Positions 24,401 through 35,945 of a stretch of 64,000 bases of DNA are shown here, piece by piece; position 1 is the stretch's first letter; each line of letters opens with the position of its first letter. The DNA is taken from NCBI GenBank assembly GCA_040285855.1, contig JAUFOQ010000002.1, forward strand, positions 2,542,001 through 2,606,000. Reading direction: 5' to 3'. Under the pieces are notes generated by a model. The model was not told the origin of the DNA. It was given only the letters and a program-made list of their open reading frames with translations, and ran no database searches. Position numbers and translations under genes: made by a program. This stretch comes from Eukaryota sp. GEM-RC1. Its lineage: Eukaryota.

Positions 24401-27400
24401 GTCAGTAATGGATATTATCAATTATGTTAAAAATCTAGTTCCAAGAGATTTCTCTGATGCTTCTCCAGTAAGATATGTACTTGCTTTTGATGAAATGTCT
24501 CTTCTTAAAGACGCTCCAAGCCGTCCCCTCAAGCTTCTCCACACAGTCTTAGAACCTCGTGACGGCGTTCCTAATTTCTCCTTTGTTGGCATTTCAAACT
24601 CTCATTTTGACGCTGCTCCTACCTCCAGGTCAATCGTCATTCAACGACAGATCCCAGTCAGTGCTCAGTTCAAGAAGGCAGTCAAGAACATTGGAGGATT
24701 AGATAAAGCATCAGCTGATCAAATGGATGTTATTAGAAAGGATATGGAGGGACTTGTGTCCAAAGTATTTGGAATGTCAAGCAAGTGTAACTTCTATGGT
24801 ATGCGTGATGCATACCAGTTCGCCAAGTGGATGGGTGCTTGGCAGACTTCTAACGTGTTACCTCGGCAAAGGGCCTATCAATTCATGAGATCTTATGGTG
24901 GACTGTCATTGTCTAATCCAGAGGTCGCCGCGAAATATCGTCAAATTTTAAAAACCACATGCGGAGTTGTTTTCCCGCCTTTATCTTCTGACGAATCTTC
25001 TTACTTCTCTATACTCCCCCACAAGATTGCTAGAAGAGCTCTTTGGGATTCTCTCCTTGATTACTCTAATAACAGTCGTCACGTTCTCTTGATTGGTACT
25101 TTAGAAGCTGCTTTAAACTGTTTAAAAGCTGATCGAGCAGATGATATTGAAGTATTTGTCGGATCTCAATTCGAAAGTGACGCTTATAAGGAATATGGTT
25201 ACAATCAGTTATCACGTGTGATTTCTGCCTGTTTTACTGGTAAAGTTGTTGTTCTATCAGAAACTAATTACATCATTGGCGCGCTCTTTGATTTGATTAA
25301 TAAGAATTACATTAGAAAGGATGATAAAACTGGTTTTGGAATGGCTAGGGTTTCCATTGGAACTGTTTCTAACTCAACTTGTTCAGTATCCGAACGAACT
25401 AAGATAGTTCTGGTGGTTAATGATGTTCAGAAAGATATTTTAAAAATTCCCACTGCTTTACTCAATAGATTGGAGAAGTTCGTTTTAAAAGACATGTATC
25501 CAAAAGTTGATGAAACCAGAATATCCCAAATTTCTGACTTATTCGACAAATTAGGTGTATGCCACTCATTACCTAATCAAACCATTGACCAAAGACATCA
25601 GTTTATTGATGAACTTTCTCAGTTGGATAATGCTAGTACTGGTTTTGAATCCTTCCTCCGTCGTCTAGCTCATCCTCTTCATTGTTACTGTAGCTCAGTC
25701 ACTCCTTCTATTGTTGGTCATGGTGGATACCTGAACCTCTATACAGTTTTAGAGTCTATTCAACAACCTAATGCCCCATCAAAAGTGATTGTGATCTCTT
25801 CAGTCAAGGGACAATCAATCACTCATATTCCAGGTTATTTAGATTTGGTAACTTCCAAAGTCGCAATTACTGATTCTCTACATTCTTTGGAACATAATCT
25901 TTTAAATTCTGCTGAACAACTGCTACGTAACTTGTTTTCTTCTTCAACTCCTGATTCGAAAGTTCTTCTAATTATTGAATTAGTAGAAGAAGATTCAATT
26001 CATTTCAATTCTATTTGTGACAAGGTAAACTCATTACACAGGGTTTTAACTCGACGATTGGCCTCTAATAGCGACTTTCCTAATTCAGCAGAGCTCGTCA
26101 ATGCGCTTGATGTCGCTATTGTCAATATCAATCCAAAGGACATCTACATTTCCCCTCATTCATCACTTCCGATCTTCTACTGTGATTGTATTAATTCGTC
26201 ATCAAAACTTCCTCTTTTAGTCTCTTCCTATGAAGACCTTTATACTTTTTCTTTAAATGACCTCGATGATATTCGTCTCAGTTCCTTATTACGTTCACTT
26301 GTACTTCCCTGTCTTTTGTCATGCGGATTACAGATCTCTTTTTTAAAGGAACTTTATATAGTAGATACTGTTGAATTACTCAATTCCCCAGAGATTCTTG
26401 AAGATGTGGATATATTCTTCAATGTTTTTAAGGATATTACTAGGAACAGTGGAAATGAGTGGTCTCTATTGGGTAATCACATGGAGATCAGTTTCCGTAA
26501 AGGATGTTCAGTGGTGCATTCCATTGAGTCGTTTGCCAGGACTTCAATGACTCCCATTGTTACCAAGCTCCTCAAGATTTTGATTCATTTTAATTTTTTC
26601 GGAATAATTCGATATCATTATGAGCATGATGCTGATTTCTCTATGTTACGTGTTTCTAATTTCCTAATGGGGCTTCTTGTTCTTCCTCTTTTCTCCACTA
26701 TCGACAAAGTAATTCTTAAACAATTGAAATTTTCTCTCAGTCAGGAACAAGAATTACATCCCTATCTGCTCTTCACTGGTGCTTTTCTACAGCACTATAC
26801 TATATTAGTCTCCGAAATAGATAAAAATGAGCCAAATTATCAGGAAATCATTGATCATTATAAGGGTCACATAATTACTGGATTGGACTCGTTACCAGCT
26901 GAAATAATTGAACAATTGGAGCAATTAACTTCTGAACAATTAACTCAGTTCTTATTTGAATATTTCGAATTGGGCAGTCATTTGTACTTCCAAAGTACAT
27001 TGGGTGATGCAATTGACAGTTTTCAAATTTTTGAAAATATGTTTGTGTATATTGTACAGCCTCAAAAATATCATCACTTGAAAACTTATGAATTCCTCAG
27101 TGAAAAGATGGACCTCTCTTCCTCTGACCTCGTTTTTGATAGACTTGCCAGAAAACTTTTGATGATTTTGTCCCCTGAATGTACTACCGCAGTCCGTGGA
27201 CTCCTTGATCACTTACCTGAAGATTTTGACCATTTAGATCTTTTCTTAATCACTTGGCTTCGACTTGCCTTGTATCACGACTGTCATGCTACATTAAGAA
27301 TGACTATTGAAGTTAATTCAATTCAAGATATTTTGAATTTTCTAAAGATTCTAATTGGTGCACCTAATCAACCACGACTTCATCTTTTTGGTGCTCTTAT

Positions 27401-30348
27401 TGAGCTTATGGATGTTGATTTACTTATGACTGTCAAGTGGATGGAATCTATTACTGAAGCAGACACTGTACCAAAGGTAATGTCTCTTATTTTCTTCAAA
27501 TATTTTGAACATTTAAATTCTTCGCCATTACATCTTCTCAGAAATCAATCTTCTTTGAGCCAAATTGAAGCCTTTTTTACACATGAGAATGACTTGCAGA
27601 AGCTTTGTTGGTTAGGATCTACCTTAGCTCACTCATTCACACAATTTTATTCAGATTTTGATTTTTCAATTGTTTCTCTATCAGAATTACAAACATATCT
27701 AACAAGATCGTCCACTTTGAGCGGTATTTGTATTTGTTCAAGGTTATTTGGTGATCTCCTTATAACTCACCTGACGTCATCAACGCCAATTCCTTTCAAT
27801 ATTTTAAAATTCATGTTAGAACAGCCACTTGAAGACTCCCATCTTATTGGAGCTCAAACCAGTATCGTTAATTATCTACTTTCCACTAAGTCTCAAGGCG
27901 AAGCTTTACAGGAACTCCAAGTAATAATCAACAATTCTAATGATGGTTCTGATCAAGCTAAACGTCAACTCTTAAGTAGTTTGTCCTTTAAACCCTCAGA
28001 TTTCAGTGGGCTAGCTAGTGATACTGATTGGAGTCTTCAAGAAGAGGTACGTGTTGCGTTTACTCAATTGCAAAGTAAATCATTGGATTTGAATATCCTT
28101 GATGGAGTAAAGCTCAAAACTGTTTTGATTTCAAAGGAAGTCAATCCTTTTACTGACTTTAAGTTTGGTGTTTATGATCTTTTGATGCTGAAAAGGCTCT
28201 TTTGCTTCCAGTTGCTGAAGTGTTCAGTCTTCCATGTGCCCGGGAATTATTTGATATTTCAACAAATATTCAAAATGTCTTCATTCCTTTCTCTTATCCC
28301 CATACTGCATTGGCTAAACATTACCAGCACACAACTGAAACTGGGAATTATGTTTCTAGTATGCATCATTGCAACAATTGTTTCTTGCCTGTGTTTGTTA
28401 ATGGTTGTGGTGAGTATAGAGGACATGGTAGCGCTGATAATGATGTCAGAAATTGGAGACCAGGCATGCGATGCCCAGATTGTGGTGGTACTGCTTATAC
28501 AGAAATTCCAAAGTCTACACCTTTCAATACTATTTTGGAGTCCAATTTTCAAAATCGATGGACTCCTGGTATTGTCTATAACCGGTTCAACCTCGACAAC
28601 TCTGATATTGAGAAACTCTCTCATACAATTTTTAAATATTCAAATAAGCTCAATTATCTGTTCTCTAGTGCAGTAATCATTTCTGCCCTCATCGCACGTC
28701 TCTTTTTGACAACAACTTTGAAACTCTAATTCAGAATTCTGTTTATACTTCTTCAGGTAAAGCTTATCTACGAGATCTCTTTGTTGATCTTTGTACTCAA
28801 ATTTCTCGTTTGAGAGGTATAACTCGTGCTGAAGTATATTCCATAATTGCTCATATAATTCGACAGTTATCCACCACTGAATTAGCGGGACATTCTCTTG
28901 CTTGTCACAGACCTGGCGAATTACAAAATATTCAATCAATTTTAGAAAGATGTGTATCAACATGTGTTTATGAACCTTTACCTAAGCTGGATGCCTCAAT
29001 GTTTGTCTCTTTAAATAGCCGCAATGTTCCTCGTTCTTTAGAGTATTATGAGTCAATACCAAAGCAAGCAATGATTTCATTAGTGACAACTACGTTTAGA
29101 TTGAACAATTTGCCAGAATTAAAATCTCCCCTAGTAGATGATGATGAACTTCAAATTAACAAGGGTTATATAGCTGCATCTGAGCATCTTTTTGATTTTT
29201 TGAAATTTGTCGGTCAAGTTCGCGATTTAACTTCTGAACATGCAGAAAGTAAAACAGCAGAATGTCCCATTTCTGATCTGTTCTCCGGTAACCCTCGATT
29301 ACAATCAGGTTGCAATCGTGCGATCGAGAATTACCACGAGATGATTGATACAATTAAGACCGTAGCTCAAATTGATTCAATCAAAATTGGTTGTACTGAA
29401 ATTCAGCCTCCTGATGATTTAACTGTCGATGCATGTATTGACTATTTCAGAATCGTTGAGACATCACAAACGTTATCAGTTTATCTTTTGATTAAAGAGT
29501 TTGTTGACCGTCATAATCGCCTATCACGTGGATATGGTAGTGATAAGAAGATTGATTTGATGTCGAGTTCAGTTCAAAGTTTCGTGACAGTAACTAGAAC
29601 TTCTAGGGGAGTTGTTTTAAATCCTTTTACATCTCAAATTGAATTAGTTGATGATGCTTTTGATGGAGCAATCCTGTATGGATTGGTTCGTCCACAGTTC
29701 GATTCTCTTCTACCGCCCAAATCTAAATTTGCTGCAATTCAAAACGTACTCGGTTTGATGAATGAATTTGGTTATGAATTTCCTGATATGCCTGAAGGAC
29801 CAATTGATATCGATATTATTGAGCGAATTAGTACATTGGACAACGACGATTTAATTCAATTATACCAAGATTCATTGTTTTTAATATCGTATGTTTTGAT
29901 CAAAGTTCCAGAAAACAAGAATCAAACAATTGAAGCTTTTTGTAAATTCAAATCTCTCGAGTTTAACTCTCCATTTCTTTTAGATATTTTGAAGTATTAT
30001 CCTGTCTCAATACTTCTTTTGTTCATTAATACTGTTGAAGATTTATTGCCTTTACCTGCACTAAAAGACCTCATTTTGCCTCAATATTTGGAGAATTTTT
30101 CAAACAACTCTCTAAAGGATCAGATTCGGAAGGAGCAGCCTGATCGTGTTGTTTACTTGTACAGAGAATTTAAGAGGCTTTGTTTACGATCAGCCACTAA
30201 CAACTCTAGACCTTCTGGAACTGCAGTAAATAAAGTGATAATGGATGGTGAAGGATTCGCCCAATTTGGTGAGATTACCCTTGGAGAAGCCTTTGAATTT
30301 TTAGAATATGTTTATGATCTATTTGTAGTTGATTTAGGTTTGGTTTAG
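18468..30348 (+). CDS. RNF213: RNF213/mysterin-like giant AAA+ ATPase/E3 ligase (~3,950 aa once about seven frameshifts are corrected)
   Basis: N-terminal CBM20-like (GSFNKWD..EYKY..EPGDNR). Walker A motifs CPGQGKTT, GSSGIGKT (Walker B LFFDECNT) and GNPGLSKS (Walker B LAFDEMSL). RNF213-type signatures FVGSQFESD, LFDLINKNY, IPTALLNRLEK. RZ-like finger at 28370-28489. C-terminal GCTEI...HN. Confidence 0.82.
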
Positions 30349-30668
30349 TTCTAGATTTTGTAAATGTTCTCATGTTCGTTCGTATTAATTTTGCAGTGTA
30401 TTCCATAGATTTTCTTCAACAAACACATCACAAAACCTATCAACCTTTAGGTTTCACAGAAGTATGTGTTGTATTAACAGAACAACATAATCTCACAGGG
30501 GGCAAATCTATCCTCAGAACGGTGTCTTAACTACATTAATTATTAAAACACAACATAATTGAAACACCACTGTCAAACAAAATTTTAATATCCCCCTACT
30601 TTGGTTCTTAATGGTTTAAAAGACCCCTAGAAAAAGAAACAAAATTAAAAGAGAGTCCAACAGACAAA

Positions 30669-32096
30669 ATGGTCACTCTCCGCCTCTGCCCGTTCCTCGG
30701 CGGCGCAGAACCTTCCGCCTGGGTTTCCGAGGGTGATTCCATATCAAGTCTTTCTTCTGGACTTTCTTTCTCGTTTGATCGAGTCTTTGGTCCCGCTACT
30801 TCAAACAAAGAAGTCTTCGCTTTTTTCTCTTCCCACATTCTATCTAAAGCAATTCACGGTTCGAACGTGACTTTCCTAACAGTGGGACCCCCCAAATCGG
30901 GAAAAAGTTACACTCTTTTCGGATCACCACAGGACCCAGGAATCATCCCTCTAACGCTCTCACTCTTGGGGTTTAGACGATTTAGGATTCAACATGACCC
31001 ATTGAGCATCTTTCTTTACGGTCAATTTGGTGAGTTTATTTCATCAATTGTCTTGTTTGAAATCAGAACCACTGATATTCAGCTTGTAGTAAGCGGCCTC
31101 TCGCACTACCTACAACACAACAATGTTGTAGTTTTTGGATCTATTAGGACAGATGAGGTTGAATCATCAACAATGTTCCTGAACTCTTTGACCAATTTTA
31201 ATATTCAACCTTTACGACAAACTCGTTGACCAAAGAACCCCCAATCAAGAGAGCTCATATAAGGAATGTTTTAGAGGATACGGTTGATGTTGAGTCCTAT
31301 TTTTCATGCAGCAGTCCCTCACCTGCTGAAGAAGTACCTAAACCAAAAGAACTTTCTGTTTCCCACTTGAAACTAACAGATTTGATTTTGCAGTCATCTG
31401 TGACTGTGTTTAAAGCAAAGCACTTAGTTCTGGGATTAATTCCCGCAGTGATCAAGATGTTGAAGTGTCACGACACTCTAAAAGAACTGGATCTGACTAA
31501 ATCATCAGTTAATGATGACCACTGCCTTACCTTGGCTGAAGCATTAGATAGTGCTCAACTTTCAAGACTTCTACTCGGTCAGAATTCAATAACATCAATT
31601 GGAATTTCGAACCTGGTAAAATGCCTACCACCTTCACTCAAAGTGCTGGATTTGAGTTGTAAGTGCCTAAATCCTGAGGGTGTGCTGCAGTTGCCGATGT
31701 TCTACATAGACTACAAGCTCTGGAAACACTCCACTTGGACAGAGTAAACATGGGAAGTGTGGGAGCTTTCATTTTGGGAACAGCCTTGGAAAAGAATTGC
31801 TCAATCAGGAAGGTTTATATAAAGGCAATTCTATTTGTATAGAAGGATGCTCAAGTCTTGTTACAGCTTTACATTCTAATACGACTCTTGTTGGTCTAGA
31901 TCTATCTGAAAATAGATTTGGAGATGAAGCAGTTGATGATTTGATGAAATTGTTGAACAATAATTTGATTCTTCATTTGATATTATTCCGATGTGGAATT
32001 ACTAAGTTTAAAAGACTTGAACTAAGTTTTTTTAAGGAAAGAGTAAGCTTTAGGACTCTATCGATGTCCAATCGTGACTATGACACGTGTAAATAA
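30669..32096 (+). CDS. Truncated kinesin-motor-like N-terminus fused to RI-type leucine-rich repeats; frameshifted
   Basis: FSFDRVF, GSNVTFLTVGPPKSGKSYTLFG...GIIP, then LRRs LKELDLTKSSV, LLLGQNSI, LDLSENRFG. Pieces join at short homopolymers near 31211, 31678 and 31821. Confidence 0.6.
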
Positions 32097-32347
32097 TTGA
32101 CTTTTTGTAATTAAGTTATGGTTGTACTAGTAATTGTCACAATTTTTGCAAGTACATGTGCATGAACGTTTAAAATAGTAATATTGATTTTCGAATTTCT
32201 GTTATTGAATAACATTCGGTTGCTTCATTTCTTTTGAATAATATACACTTGAATATTTGAAAGGATCTAATGCAAAATAGAAAACATAAATAATGATTGA
32301 GTTTGAAGTGACTCTATTACTCAACCAAATATTTGCAGAGGTTTAAT

Positions 32348-33991
32348 TTATTTAATATTGAGTTGCACTCGATAAACTTCAATGAACTCAGCTGTGAAGT
32401 CTACTTCTGGAACTAATTCCCCTTTTCTACACTCACTTACCCTTCTTAAATTCTCCGTTCCAAATCCAAAGTCTCCCAGTACAACACCAGCATTAGGAGA
32501 AACCATATTATTACAAAGAGAAAAGACATTGTCATTGACGACATTGTTACAGAAAACCTTTGGATTATTACGAGCTAAGTGAAACAGTGAACAACGAGAA
32601 TGAAATCCATTGGGGAAGAAACAGCCGAATAAAGATCCCTTCAAAGTCTTTACTAGTACGAGTAAGTTCTGAGCGTTGTAAGGAAATGACTTAACTCTAA
32701 ATACAGAACCTGCATATCGTTCAATTAGATCAAAGTTGCCAGAAACGTGAAATATGAAGTTAAGATTAGAAAGTGCTGGTCCCAAAATGCTAGAATTAGT
32801 TACTAATTTTAAACCAAAAGGTATTTTGACTTCATTTAATTCAACTTTTAGAGATCTAACTAATTCTTCCAGGTCCAAAACATGAGCTTCACGAATCCTT
32901 AATTGAGACTGAATCTTATCTAGTTCTGTTGACAATGACTTGTTTTCAGAGGAAAGTTTGCCATTGGTACTTACTAAAGAAGTACAATTAGACTGCAACA
33001 TGGAGAATTCAATCTTTGCTTGTTCAAGTTCATCAGAAAGGTGCGAAGAATTATTGATTGTTGGACCAGAAAGCGAAAGTTCATTAAGAGAAGTCAACAC
33101 GCCCAACACGTCATCAATGGAAGGTCTAAGGGAAGGATCTAGTGAGGTACAGTTGAGTATCACGTTCTTTAGATTAGTGGGAAAGGAGAGAGGAAATGAA
33201 AGTGGAAATTTGATGACGTGATCAGGGAAGACTGAGTTTGCAAGAAGTTCATAGAGAATGACTCCAAGGGAGTAAATGTCAGATTCAGGAGAAGGAAAGA
33301 GATAACCAGTGATCTCAGGAGCAAAGTACTTGCAGAAACCACTACAAGTGGAATCATCAAGAGTTTCTCTGTCAAAGGTAGTGAGCTTGAGTTGGTCACC
33401 TACAACGATGAAACTCGATGGTTGTAATTGAGTATGTATGAAGGAGATAGAGTGAAGAAACTGGACAACTGAAGACATGGAAATTGCATGAGCTAGAGTG
33501 GTGGAATCCAAAGCAGAAGGAAGAAACAAAGATTGAGAAGGGTGTTCTACCACTAGCCCAGTACATGTAGGGGCATTGACGATGCCGAAGCCCTGAACTA
33601 CTGAAGGGTGGCGATAACTGTTGAGGACTTTCCATTCTCTTTTCAGTTTCTGTTGATTTCCGACAGTATTTGGCATTGTTTTAATGACGACTTTTTGACC
33701 ACCCCAATTGGCAGAAACAGATAGAACAACGCCCTCACATAGAGGAGGTTGAGAAAAGTTCTTGATCGATACTAAAGGTATCTCTGGACATAGCTCACCG
33801 TTTTCTATCTGTTCAAGGGCTTCAACCATGGCATAGTTCAGTTTGGGTTGTGGAAAGCATCGTCCACGACAGATCGGACATCTTTTAAGCTTTGGCATAC
33901 ATTCAGAACACATGGAATGTGCTTCCTGACATAGCACCATTGGTGGTCGGGAGGAGCTGTTATAGTCTTCGTAACACACAGGACAATACAT
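32348..33991 (-). CDS. RING finger-pseudokinase-coiled-coil-TLDc-like protein (intact)
   Basis: CPVC..LC..HSMC..C..CPICR RING. Kinase fold with VVIK, APE, SDIYSLG, RP; HRD replaced by HTQ and DFG by TFD. C-terminal LVLVKTLKGSLFGCF...IEVYRV is TLDc-like. Confidence 0.75.
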   Translation of the reverse strand: MYCPVCYEDYNSSSRPPMVLCQEAHSMCSECMPKLKRCPICRGRCFPQPKLNYAMVEALEQIENGELCPEIPLVSIKNFSQPPLCEGVVLSVSANWGGQKVVIKTMPNTVGNQQKLKREWKVLNSYRHPSVVQGFGIVNAPTCTGLVVEHPSQSLFLPSALDSTTLAHAISMSSVVQFLHSISFIHTQLQPSSFIVVGDQLKLTTFDRETLDDSTCSGFCKYFAPEITGYLFPSPESDIYSLGVILYELLANSVFPDHVIKFPLSFPLSFPTNLKNVILNCTSLDPSLRPSIDDVLGVLTSLNELSLSGPTINNSSHLSDELEQAKIEFSMLQSNCTSLVSTNGKLSSENKSLSTELDKIQSQLRIREAHVLDLEELVRSLKVELNEVKIPFGLKLVTNSSILGPALSNLNFIFHVSGNFDLIERYAGSVFRVKSFPYNAQNLLVLVKTLKGSLFGCFFPNGFHSRCSLFHLARNNPKVFCNNVVNDNVFSLCNNMVSPNAGVVLGDFGFGTENLRRVSECRKGELVPEVDFTAEFIEVYRVQLNIK

Positions 33992-35945
33992 AATCAGAAG
34001 AACTTGTCGATAACATTCAGAATTTTGACTTCCCAGAATTTACAAGACGTGTTTTTCTTCAACACGTCGATATTCATCAACGCACTTTCATCAATTCATG
34101 TTCCTTACAGCAGTACAACAGCCAAAACAGGTTCTCAATTATAGTCAGTTTCTTTATGATCGATTCAACGGTCCGTTCACATATTCTGTTCGTATGGACA
34201 TATCATGTTTGTGGTTCAGTTGGACGGAAAACATCAAGACTTAATGAGTACATCATAACATAAGCGTATCCTAATCCTGACCCTACATTCAACAGTATTC
34301 TTATCACCAACAGCACTCAACATTGGATTTTTGATCTTGCTCTCACACTCCCAAAGAGTAAATGATCCACACTGTGTTGATTTGCAGTTCATTACACAAT
34401 CATATAACATATATTAGAGTTTGTTTAGTCTACTTAAGAGAATAATCAATCATCACAGATTATTTCTTAAGAATTCCAGTTCTGAAATATACAAAATAAT
34501 GAACTAAAACCGAGAATTTTAGGGCGAAGCTGCCCGAAGAAAAGTAGTGAAGACTAAGTGATCGACAATGTAGACGAAACACTGTCTAGAACTTCGGTAT
34601 ATACAGGAAAACTATTAGATTTTACTAGGTAAAGTACTGCAGTACTGTGTTGAAGAAGTACAACATTTACTTTGTACCAAGTAGTATTTGCTACAAAATT
34701 GTTTTCTCAACTGATGTTAGTGTATTTGATGGAATTCTTCGCCATTCACAAATCCTATTTGCCAAGCAATCCACAATGATTTGCATATGTAGAAGATTTT
34801 CCATTTTGCTACTGCAGTATGGAACGTCACAAGAATTCCTGAAATTGCATTGCTGGAAACACCCGCTTCAATATTCTGTGATTTGCACAACTCAATTGAA
34901 AAAAGTGGATTGTGAACAGGAAAGTAAAAAAAAGTATAAGAAACACATTGAATATAGTTAAACGTTTCTAGTTGTACAAAACAACAGAATTTCACAGCGC
35001 AATACTCTAATTTCTACAAGACTAATACTAGTACTACTAACTCAGGACTTGGAAAAATTGTATTGCCAATTAATTGCTCTCATTTTTGTGGGGCAATGAA
35101 TTATTGCAATTATCACACTTACTGCAATTAATTGGTTCATTATATATTAACCATTCTCACTTTTCAATAAAAGACCCTCCAGCGTACTGTTCTTTATGTA
35201 AACAAGACTGGTTTTACGAATTCAATGTACTGTAAAAAACTAAAAAAACGGAGCTATATTCACTACACAATCAACTATAGTGACAAAAGACTGCCTTTAT
35301 AGATGTGAATCCAAATAACCATGACTCAACAATCCACACCACTAACTTTGCGTGACTCAATCATGTTTCACTTCTAAGAAGGTCATTTGAAATGTAGAAA
35401 TTTAGTCGGTAAGTGTTTCTAAGTCAATTGACTAGGAATCCGGATATATACATTTTCACCTCAGTCTACACTCATAAAATTACACGAGCACTTCTCCCGA
35501 TCTTCAGCTGTTCCGGAACCGTGACCTTGCTTGTCTTCTAGACAAACGGACTGAGAACCTAGTATATATTCAATATTAACCATAGATACAATGGTCATCG
35601 TGCACAAGCATTTTACTCTATATAGTGCGTACCAAAATGAGCGCACTATATCCAGGGTAGACTGTAAGTGATATGTTACTCAGTGGAATTAGAAATGTGA
35701 TTTGATCCAGATTGTTCTGCGTCTAATGTTTCATAGATTTCATTTTGATCTAGTTCTCCTCATTTATTAACTGTTTTATAAATACAAGTTTTTATATTTT
35801 ACACAAGCAAGTCAAAGTTAGAACTAGAAAAACAACTCACAATGAAAGCCAAACTTAAAAAGAAGTCGCTAGTCGTGTACAAATAACAAGAAACTTTCAA
35901 AAAAAACACTGAAACCGTAGATAAGTAAACACTAAAGAGTGGCAC

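Noticed and set aside
22635..28676. Midasin or dynein heavy chain
   Set aside because: Motifs GSQF..D, LFDLIN and LLNRLEK plus CBM20-like and RZ-like modules match RNF213. The last ~165 aa of this ORF are an off-frame artefact.
34500..35200. Possible additional TIR element (GCAATTAATTG-like repeats)
   Set aside because: Could not find a matching TIR pair or TSD.
35485..35515. Hammerhead ribozyme (CTGAAGA on the minus strand)
   Set aside because: No GAAA core and no convincing stems II/III.
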